The notes below the pieces were generated by a model that was not told the DNA's origin, ran no database searches, and worked only from the letters and a program-made list of their open reading frames with translations. A stretch of 64,000 bases of DNA from NCBI GenBank assembly GCA_013265495.1, contig MU058337.1, positions 1,480,777 to 1,544,776 on the forward strand. The letters are read 5' to 3'. This DNA is from Vicugna vicugna. Taxonomy: Eukaryota. This document shows positions 1 to 9,984 of the stretch, piece after piece. Positions within the stretch are counted from its first letter, which is position 1. Each line of letters starts with the position of its first letter. The position numbers and the translations under genes were made by a program.

Positions 1-89
1 TACTATTTTACTTAAATTTGTCTGAAGAAAAGGAATAGATCTGTCCTACTAGTTCACTGATGGTTTTTCCTATTTCTTGGTGTTTAATT

Positions 90-620
90 TTTTTCGTAGG
101 GCAAACCCTGTTACTCTTCCTTTTCAAGGTTTTCTTGCTCATTCACAACTATGTGATCTTCCATACAGAACTTAAAATCAGTTAGTTCTAACTTTTCCCC
201 AAGAGAATCTGGGACTCTAATGAGAACTGCACTCATTTTGAAATCTGACTTGGGAAGAATTGGCATATTTCCGGTACTGATACCTCACCCAAAAATATGA
301 CATGTTTTTCATTTATTCAGGTCTTGTGTCTGCCTTTCAGCAAAGGTTGAGGGATTTCATCACCAGGATCTTGTAACTCGTTACAGTTTATACCTGATTA
401 TTTTATAGTTTTTGATGCCATTGCAGATAAATTCTTTAAATTTCATTTTTAATAGGTTATTGCTTGTTCAAAAGGAAAACTGCTAATTTTTCTTCGACTT
501 GGCCCCCTAGAGTCAAGCCTTTTACTGAACTCAGTTTTTAAATTGAGGCATCTGAGTTTTCTAGGCATCGGTGGATAGTAAGTAACGCCGCCTCTTCTCT
601 TGGGGGGACTTGGCAGTGAC
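90..620 (-). mobile_element. Old LINE-1 ORF2 fragment
   Basis: Degenerate antisense L1 phrases such as ttgggaagaattggcatattt, ttcatttattcaggtctt and tattttatagtttttgatgccattg. Recognised from memory. Confidence 0.6.
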
Positions 621-639
621 ATTTTGCTGTTTGTACCAC

Positions 640-1870
640 TGAGGGCCACGACTTCCCCGGCTAGGGCTCGGTGGGGTTTACCGGTTCCTGGCAGGGGCTC
701 TGCGCCCTCGGCAGGCACCCTGCTCGGCCACCTCCTCCCCTCCGGACCTGGCGTCCGCACTCCTAAGACACGACTGACACTAGTTCACAACGCAACGCGC
801 TGGGAACGACGGCCGGCGCTGAGGCCCCGCGTCGAGCTCCGGCGCCACTTCTCCGCCTCCCGCGCGCCCCGCGAGCCTCGCCGCCACTTCACGAGGCGCG
901 GCGGCGCCCGCTGCACGCAGGAGGAGGCTACCTCAGAGACGCAGGTGTCACCCTGACACCGGGCCGGTCTGCCTGACAGAACCGGCTCCTAGAAAGCAAC
1001 GTGGCCGGTCAGTCCGTTCCAAGGCACGGTTTCATCCGCACCAGAACGTGACAGGCCCATTCTCACCGTGTTGGTGTCTTACCGGAAAGTAAAGGGCTCG
1101 AAAGCTCGAAAGCTGAGGCGAAAGGCTCCGGCTCCCGCGCGTCAGGCTGGGGCGGGGCTGGCGGAAGGAGCCGAGAGCGCTCGGAAGCGCTCGCCTCGCC
1201 TTCGGCAATAAGCGTCGGGGGCGGGGCGCGCGCGACGGCGCGTTCCGCGCGGGGCATTGTGGGAGGGGCGGCCGGTGCAGCCGCGGCTGCCATCTTAGCA
1301 ACTCCTGGCGTTGCGGCCTTGTCGTTGGAGGCGGCCTTCGTGGCGGTCTTCGGCCTCAGGGAGCGATAGAAAGTCAACCGACTGACAGCTTTCTTTCCCC
1401 GGGCTTCGACAGGACGGTCGGCCCGCATCCGGAGGCGGAGGCGAGGGTAGCCGGGCACGTGTGGGGCCCGAGGCCAGCGGTTAGTCACAGCGTCGCCCGG
1501 AAGGATGGGCCGGTCTCGGAGCCGGAGCTCGTCCCGCTCCAAACACACCAAGAGCAGCAAGCACAACAAGAAGCGGAGCCGGTCCCGATCGCGGTCTCGG
1601 GACAAGGAGCGCGTGCGGAAGCGCTCCAAATCTCGGGACAGTAAACGGAACCGGCGGCGGGAGTCGCGGTCGCGCTCGCGCTCCACCAACACGGCCGTGT
1701 CCCGGCGCGAGCGGGACCGGGAGCGCGCCTCGTCCCCGCCCGACCGCATCGACATCTTCGGGCGCACGGTGAGCAAGCGCAGCAGCCTGGACGAGAAGCA
1801 GAAGCGAGAGGAGGAGGAGAAGAAAGCAGAGTTCGAGCGGCAACGAAAAATGTGAGCCCCGCGGGGGGAG
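640..1870 (+). promoter_or_regulatory. ARGLU1 CpG island and TATA-less promoter
   Basis: Dense CpG; GC boxes GGGGCGGGGC at 1149-1158 and 1218-1227; ZNF143/SBS-like GCATTGTGGGA at 1254-1264; YY1 core GCCATCTT at 1289-1296. Limits approximate. Confidence 0.85.
1505..1851 (+). CDS. ARGLU1: ARGLU1 coding exon 1 (RS/Arg-rich N-terminus)
   Basis: ATG in aggATGG context; translates MGRSRSRSSSRSKHTKSSKHNKKRSRSRSRSRDKER...AEFERQRK; ends at donor AT|gtgagc; 347 nt, phase 2. Confidence 0.98.
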
Positions 1871-3782
1871 GGGCCGGGAGCTGGGGAGCGGGGTGGGGGG
1901 TGGCGTGGGGAGAGGAGAGGGGGCTGGCGGGGGGAGTAGGGGGTAGAGTTGGGTGGTGGGGAGGGGGCAGTAGGAAGTGGCGTGGGGGGAGTGGGAAGTG
2001 GCATGGAGAGGGGAGTGAGGGTTGGCGAGTGGGGGGAGGGGAGTCTGGGGTGAAGAAGGTTGGCGAGGTCGTAGGAAGCGGCCTCAAGGGGCTGCAGCCC
2101 GGCGTATGCAAAGCCTGGGGCAGGACAGACCCACAAGTTGCTTGGGAAGGAAAATAGTGGGTCTCGGGTAGGAAGGCTTCGAGGAGAGAAAGCATTTTGG
2201 CGCGAGAGGAGGAGAGTCCCGGAAGTAGGGGGTGGAGTTGAGAGTGGGCTTGGAGAGCCGCGTGGATCCTTGAGAGTGAGGAATAAGCTACCTCAAAGAT
2301 GGGGATGGCGAGCGTTTGTAGGCCCCCTGGAGAAGAGCACTCTTGTATTGCATCTTAAACTTGGGACAAGGTTTCTCGGGAATAAAACGTTTGAGGTGGT
2401 TCAACAGTACACCCAAAATACTGCGTCTTACTTTGGTGTATTCCTGTTAGAGATGTCGCGGTCGCTTTTCTTTTCTTGGGTCTACTCTTTGTTTTTTGAG
2501 GTGTGAAAACAAAATGCGCACACCTCAAGGGTCCAGTAAGATGAGTTTTGACGCTTGAATTCACCAGTGTAACCACCATCCCAATCACAGCCTATTCCAT
2601 TTGTTTACTTTTTTATTCATTTTGCTTTAGAGTTCTCTGTAGCAAACTTCAGCGCAATCCTACTCATTTCTCCTTGTGGTGTACCTGCTGCTTAGAAGAT
2701 CCTTGAATGTTTGCTTTTACTTGGCATTGATCACATACAGAAGAGTCACACCAAAAGTATCTTTTATCTAAGAAGAGTAGGTGCAAATAATCCCAAACTA
2801 ATGAGATCTTGGTTGTAAAATGTAGAGTTTTGTTTTGATTCAAGACCATGGTACTCTGACGCTCTAGGTGTTCTTTCCCAAAGCCATACTGAAAGGTAGT
2901 TAAGATTTGCTAACTCTCCCTGCTTAACCAGCCATCTTCCTCAGTTCTGCAGTGCATATTCAGAAAGTGTTCATGCGGCAGGAAAGGTACTGAAAATAGA
3001 GTTTTCCTGAGACAAGTTTATGTGTACTTAATTTTGTAGGGGTTTTACATTTTTCTGCAGTGTAGTTTGTGTTACGTAGATGTTTCAGCAGAACTTGTTT
3101 CTAAAAGCAAATCATTAAGAGAAAGGGAACTAGGGCACTATCTAGTATTATAGAGGAAGCAGTACCTGGAGAGCTCTCCTGCTGCACTCCTTTAAAACAT
3201 GCACAGTGCTTTCAGTTTTTTCCTGTCAGTGGTACGAAAACCAAGTACAAGTAATTGTGTCACAACAAACCTTGATTACATAGAATCCAGGTTTTTTTTG
3301 TCTGGAATAAGGTCCTTGACTGAAGATGTAGCTCTCAAATAACTTTCAACAGATGAACATTTAAAAAAATTATCTGAGACATTTTGGAGGTGATTTTTCC
3401 GTGTGAAAACAAAGGATGTCTCCAAAGAGTAATGATTGGCCTTTCACTAGAAAGCTGAGACTTAAAGGCAGAGTGAAAGGGAACTTGGTATGCGAGGAAT
3501 AATCAAGCTACACATGAATAGAGAAGAAATCTGGGGATGAAATGAGAAAATAGAGCAGCTGTATAATTCCAAGTTGATACAAGGAGCACACTATCATTAG
3601 CACTTAGGAAGGGAGGAGGGGGCAGGGCTAGCAGCCACCTGCACACTGAATTCCTGTGTGTCATGCAGTGGGCACTGCTATGGGCTAATGCCTAATAATG
3701 CAAAGGTGACAATGGAAAGACCTAGGTTTTGCAGCCATGGGAATGATCAGAAGTTGTTGCCAGTCTGCAAATCCTGTTGGCT

Positions 3783-3870
3783 AGTTCATTCAACTAATAT
3801 TTATGGAGCATTTAATAATAAGTGCCAGGCATTATACTTGGAGTTGTTAATATAAAGATGATTGCCCCCT
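3783..3870 (-). mobile_element. LINE-2 3' end fragment
   Basis: ttcattcaactaatatttatggagcattt...gtgccaggca, the typical antisense L2 tail; purine-rich L2-like sequence probably continues to about 4800. Confidence 0.55.
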
Positions 3871-5669
3871 CTTTAAATAATGTTGATCTAACTTAAAGAC
3901 AGATAGGTAGATAGGTAATAGTACAGTGTGGTAAATACAGTGATGGTGATGTGACGGTAAGAAGGAACCATCCTGGATGGGTAAATACCTTAGTTCCCCT
4001 AAGAAATGAGTGACAGATAAAAAAAATATGAGACTGTTGAGCTAGGCATAGGAGAATACATGTGGACCAAAGGAGGGTGACCCCTCCACTCCTGTCAGAA
4101 TAACGGGAGGGCTGCAAAGTGGTCTTTGGTGGAGTAAAAAGGTGAATATTGACTGGAACATGAGTAAGTACTGAAGTCATGGAGGGACTGGAGAGGTAAC
4201 TAGAGGTTGGGAATCATGGGAAGGGTCTTGTATACCATATTAGGAGCTGGGATTTCATCTTAGAAACCAAAAAGGTTTTAAGCAGGTCAATGCATGGGTT
4301 TGTTTGCTTGTTTTTAAACAGATATAGGAAAATAGTTACACTAAGTCCACACAGGAGTAGTAAGGGAGCAGTTGTTGCAATGGAAAGGAGGAACAGATTT
4401 AAGAAACATTTAGAAAGAAACTACTGTGTGTCAGACACCAGTTAAAATGTCAGAAACCTGGTGGATGGGGGAGAGGGAAAAGTCAAAGGGAGTTTCCACT
4501 TGGCACTTCCAATGTAGGCACTAGATTTTGGATATAGTGAGTTTATCCAGAGTTGGCACGTGGGACTGAAGCCTCAGGCGAATCTTGAAAGTAGATAGAA
4601 TGACCCAGGGAGAGTGTGGACAGAGAAGAAAGAGCAGTTAATTCATGGGGCTGAAAGAACCTTAGGAAATATCTGTATTTACAGTTGGATGGAGGAAGAC
4701 AAGTGCATGGTGGAGCAGAGAAGGTACCAGAAGAACACACACGTCAAGTGTATCTTCAAGAGGTCCAATGTGAGACGGAGAGATAGAAAAATTAAAATCT
4801 ATTGGGCTTAACCAATTAGAAAGTCTCAGTAAGATGGGCAACCAGATTGTTTTGCCATTTACAGTTCTGAGGCCTTGAATAAACTACTTGCTTGTAAGTT
4901 TGATTTCTTATCTGTAAAGTGAAGATACTTGTCTTGCTTATTGTGAAGATCAGAAGATTATTGTGCATTTAAATTATCTAGATGATACTTGGCATGTATT
5001 TAATGGGACACAGTAATGTTTAATGTCATTTATATACATGCAGCCAGATTGAACCTAGTGAGTTTAAGAAGTGATCTTACAAGTTATCTTAATGCAATAA
5101 AAGGTAGACCTTAAAATTAAAAATTTTTTTCTCAGTTTTGAATAGCTCATTCACATTGTTCAAAATTCAGTTCAAAAGGTCTCCTCCTTATGTCCCACTC
5201 ATTTAGTGTTGTTCCATCTCTCCCCTCCCCTCCATCCTTATTTTCATTTTCATGTAATTGTGAGATGCTTTATGTGTGTTGTACTAACTGTTGGAAAAAA
5301 ATGGGCAGCTGAAAGTGACTTGCAGCAAATCAGGATAATAATGTTAATGACAGTAACTTACTGTAGCTTGTGATATTAGATTCTCATATACTTAGTGTTC
5401 AACTACATGGCCGATCAAGAGCCTTCTAAATTAGAGTACCTCACGTGAACTGGGACCTGTAGGAGTGATTCTTAGAGGAATACTTGAGCTCATTGTGAGA
5501 GCAAATTCAGTATATGGCACTGTGTGTTTGGGGGAGCTTAGGGCTTTGAGACAGAACATTAGGGCATAAGATCAAGCTGATGTTGATAAGAATTTTATCA
5601 ATTTTTAAGTAATTATTTTGGTAGTTAAATTCTTGTGCATACGGTTGTCGTTCACGTTTGTTGTGGAGA

Positions 5670-5885
5670 AACAGTGTAGGGTAGCACAGTGCTCAAGAAT
5701 CTGAGCTTGGGAGTTACGTAGGTTGAGAGTCACCCCTCAGCAAGGGGCAGTGTGCCGGAGCCCAGCTAGTAGACTGCTTAGCCTCAGGAGCCATCAGAGA
5801 GGTAAATGATGATGTCGTGTATAGAGCTGTCGGCAGAGTGTTGGGTATCTGTTCAGTACTGAGTAAATGCTGTTCGCTAATATTA
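5670..5885 (+). mobile_element. MIR SINE, degenerate
   Basis: ggtagcacagtgctcaagaatctgagcttgggagt head and agtactgagtaaatgctgttcgctaatattat tail. Confidence 0.45.
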
Positions 5886-6213
5886 TGAAGCAGTTCCTAG
5901 AAGTAAGCTCCTAGGGTGAGTTTGTACATTTTAAAGACAAAATAATATTGCCAGTTGCTCTGTATACATAGTCACACTCACATTTAACAGTACTGTATTG
6001 CTACGCCCTTGCCGTGTGTTTTAATAGTCGTCATTTTAAAGTTGTGATTAGTGTTTTTAAAATACCTGATAACATGGAGAAAAATGAGGAACTACTCTTA
6101 CGCCATTTTCGTTAAAAAACTTGAAGATTTTGATTCAGCCCATTTATCAGGTTGAAATTCTTAGCAAGGGGATGGATTCAGCAGAGAGGCCTGAGGAAAA
6201 AATTAGAGAGATT

Positions 6214-6365
6214 GGGGGAGGGTATATAGCTCAGTGGTAGAGCACGTCCTTAGCATGCATGAGGTCATGGGTTCGATCCCCAGTACCTCCATTAAATATA
6301 AAAAATAATAATCATGATAAATAAATCTAATTACCTCCCTCCGAAAAACAGAAAGACAAAAAAGA
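6214..6365 (+). mobile_element. tRNA-derived SINE (camelid Vic-1-like)
   Basis: gggggagggtatatagctcagtggtagagc (A box), gggttcgatccc (B box), cagtacctcc, then A-rich linker, ctaattacctccc and A tail. Confidence 0.9.
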
Positions 6366-8699
6366 GACATAAAAGAACACTGAAGTTGGCAACTCGTATG
6401 ACAAAAGTTTTAAGGAATGAATAGGCAATTTCCTAAGATACTGGTGACAAAAGTATGTGTTTGTTTTGTTTTTGTTTCCCTGAGAAAGTTTCAGTGGCTC
6501 TTAGAAAAGTTAGCCTAACACCTGCTTTATCATTGATTATGATAATAAGTTTGTCATCAATGAAAATCAACTTCTTTTTTGAATTTTGAGAGCTGCCCAT
6601 CTTCTACCACCACCCCCCCAGGTGGTAAGAGGGAGGCTCCGTTGTGCTGAGCTTTGCTCAGTTCTGTACCTTCTATCTTTGTGCTTTTATGGGAGAAGAC
6701 AGACAAGAAAGTGACACAGGGGTATAGAGATTGCAGAAACATGCAGAGAATTTTTATTTATGTGTGTTAGTACTTAGATTTAGTTGTAGAAGAGTCACAG
6801 AAGCACAGGCTGTATTAGTAGGATTCAGGGTTCTAGCACAGCATCTAGTACACAGTAGGTTGTTCAGTACTGACCTGCCATATCCCTCAAATGCTTAATT
6901 CCGTTGTTCATGGGCCCGTTGGTTTTCTGGGTTCGGGTGTGTTGGTGGAGGGGAATTAAAGCAATATTGGGCTTTAACTTTTTCAGCACTGGATCTAAAA
7001 ATTGGTTTAAATTTTTCTTCTGATTACTGAAGTAGCAGTTTCAACCTTAACAAGAATAACAACAATAAAAGTTATATGTTTAGTAATACTTGTAGGGGAA
7101 CAGCTCTGCTCTGGTGCCCTGACCTTGCTTGTCTCCAAGTAGGACACAGCAGCAGGGCTTAATTACAGTCCTGGGGGGTGCCCTGTGGTTCCCCCAGGGA
7201 CAAAGGGAGATAAGCAGCCTTGTGAGAAACTCCACCAGGTCATTTCTCATCCTCCTGGTCTCAGCTGAGCTTGAGAGTTTCCACTTACCCTCCCCTTTAG
7301 GCTATAAGACTGCCAAGTTGTAGTGAAAATTGAATCCTCCGCAGCAGCCACCTATGCCTGCACTTCTCACCCAGTACTGCTTGTCACCTAGCCTGTCTGG
7401 TTTGGTGTGTGAGCAGAGACACAGGGAGCTGACACCATGCTGATCTGGCTTTTGCTGTAAGTAAGAAACTGAATTTATTTAGGCTCATTTTCTCATTACT
7501 GAACAAATCTGTGGAACAGTGGCCTGTTAGCCATTGTGCCATACTGCTATTATTTAGGGACTGTTTGCTTGACAAAAACCCTGAATATGTATCCACCTTT
7601 ACCAAATTCCTAATTGGGCAACTTTTCTACAGATAAACTAACCCAAAGCCTTATCCCATTCCTTTCCCTCTGTGTGGAAAGTTTTCATTGAAACTTGGTT
7701 TACGTTGTCCTTTTAAGTTAAATTGTACCATTGAAATTTTGAAGTGAAGTTTCATCTTGAACTTCTCTACATTTATTAATTTTGTAGGAACCATCTAACA
7801 AAAGAATGTGTTTGGGTGTGTTCTTTTAAAACTTAATGTTACAGAAACTTTCTGACTCAGCAGAAGTATTGTTATCCTGGTATACCTTTCATCCACGTTC
7901 AGCAGGTGTCAGCCTTACTTGTTACATCTCTTATTTCTGTCTTTTTCTTTGGACTAAGTAGAAAAACAACAGTTTTATATTTGAAATAAAGTTTAATTTC
8001 CATTTAAATCGCTGCCTGATTTTCTTTAGACATTCCTGGCGATTCATTTTTAGTGTTGAGGTGGATATCTGTTCTCCTTCACTGAGCTGCTGTATAGGCT
8101 TATTGAAACTATCCTAGTACTGTATTTTATTGGATGTTAAAAAAGAAGGAAAAGGAGCACAGAGTACATTTTAGGCTTTTTTTTTTCATAAAGATCACTA
8201 ATAATTTAGTGTTGGGGAGGGGATATCTAAGAAACAAGCAGCAAAATCTTTGGAATGGTTACTGCAGATATCTAGAAACTATCAAATTATGCTTTCTCAA
8301 GTAGCTACTATATCCCTGACAGAAGTATGTCCAGATTATAAATGCAGAAACAGATGTGAATCAATGTTAGATACACTGGTGTTAGTATGGTATCACCGTG
8401 AACAAGTAGCAGGGGTTGAAATTGAAAGCACTTGAGTGGGAATTGAATTATCCCCCAAAATAGTTTTGAATTGAAGTGGGGGTTTATTTAAAGGTCACTT
8501 AGAAACTATAGTCTTTACTAAACAGATAAATTGAATGACTCTCATACATATGTATGAGTCATCAAAAGATACAAAGGTTACAGATTTGTTTAATCTTGTG
8601 GATTATAAGAAAGGTGAAGCATTGATAGATTGGTCTCTTAGGATTTAGATGTACTTTCAGAGTCTCTACATTCATTCATCACAAACTATTATCTCAGAT

Positions 8700-8930
8700 A
8701 ATGCTCTTCAGTAGAAATACAGTGTGAGCCACATGTGTAATTTAAAATCTTCTAGTAGCCACATTAAAAAGAAACTAGTGAAATTAGTTTTAATATATTC
8801 AGTCCCTCAAAATATATTGTCATTTAGCATGTAATCAGATAAAAATATTTATGAGATATTTTATATTTTGTTTTCCTGTTAGTCTTCAGTTCAAACTAGA
8901 TACATGTGACTAGTGGCTATCCTATTTAAG
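8700..8930. mobile_element. hAT-Charlie MITE (MER33-like)
   Basis: tagaaatacagtgtgagccacatgtgtaatttaaaatcttctagtagccacatt ... catgtgactagtggcta. Confidence 0.7.
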
Positions 8931-9758
8931 ATCATTAGTATAAAATGTGGAAGGTTTCCACTGTTGTTCCTTGATAACTGTTGGTATCTGCAGTGCAGAA
9001 CTTCATTTTGAGTATAAGTTCATTTATAGTGTTTATATGGGATTAGAATAATTAAACAGTATCATGCTTTATTAAACTCTTTAGTAGAAGTGATAATAAA
9101 AATATATTTTCATCCATTTTCCCATGTATAGAAGAGCTTTTAATTGAAAATTAATACGAGAAAGAAAAAGTGCTGTAAAGGGTATAGAGTTCGGAACCTG
9201 AATAAATTGGTCTGTATTTTCGCTGAAAGCTGCAGTATTGTTGCTTTAGCAGTCTGAATCTCTTTGAACCTCTATATATTCTGACCTTGCTTGGGGAGAA
9301 GGGGATGAATTTAGCGGATCTGAATTGCTTGCTACATAATAGTTTCTTCTGACTTCTCTGTAATTCAGTCCTTAGACTGAATGGATTGGCAGATAGGCAA
9401 ATTATATATTTAACAGCTTGTCCCTTCATTATAAAGCTGATAACAAAAGTAGATTTCCTGTTTCAGATTTACTCTACAGTTCCTAAAACTAATGTATTTG
9501 CTCTTTGTATATAGTATTTTTTTATTTACTTTAGAAAATGGTAGGGGAAAATACCATGATTTTCTGTTCATTTGAATTTCTGTATCACTTAACATCTTTA
9601 TATCTATCTTTTCTTAAATGTTACTTGAAAATGAATTGCAAAATCATAGAAATATATAATCAGACTGAATGTTTTGCAGGCTTAGAACTAGTTTTATTTC
9701 ATTTTTTAGGTCTATTTCTTACCATTATCTAAGCCATTTTTCCCACTTTGTTTGCTAG

Positions 9759-9984
9759 TCGGCAGCAGGAAATAGAAGAAAAACTCATCGAGGAAGAAAC
9801 AGCACGAAGAGTGGAAGAATTGGTGGCAAAAAGGGTAGAGGAAGAATTGGAGAAAAGGAAGGATGAAATTGAGCGAGAAGTTCTCCGAAGGGTGGAGGAA
9901 GCCAAGCGCATCATGGAAAAGCAGTTGCTCGAAGAACTCGAGCGACAGAGACAAGCTGAGCTTGCAGCACAAAAAGCCAGAGAG
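9759..9984 (+). CDS. ARGLU1: ARGLU1 coding exon 2 (Glu-rich coiled coil)
   Basis: Acceptor tttgtttgctag|T completes Ile codon [39 protein letters not shown]...AAQKARE; donor GAG|gtaacg; 226 nt. Confidence 0.98.

Noticed and set aside
1063..2195. Long minus-strand ORFs (357 aa, 236 aa) over ARGLU1 exon 1
   Set aside because: Antisense shadows of the RS-coding exon and the G-tract; low-complexity Pro/Arg content, and stops are rare in GC-rich DNA.
6214..6291. Apparent tRNA gene
   Set aside because: It has the SINE-specific tail and three diverged sibling copies in the window, two with target-site duplications; SINE, not tRNA.
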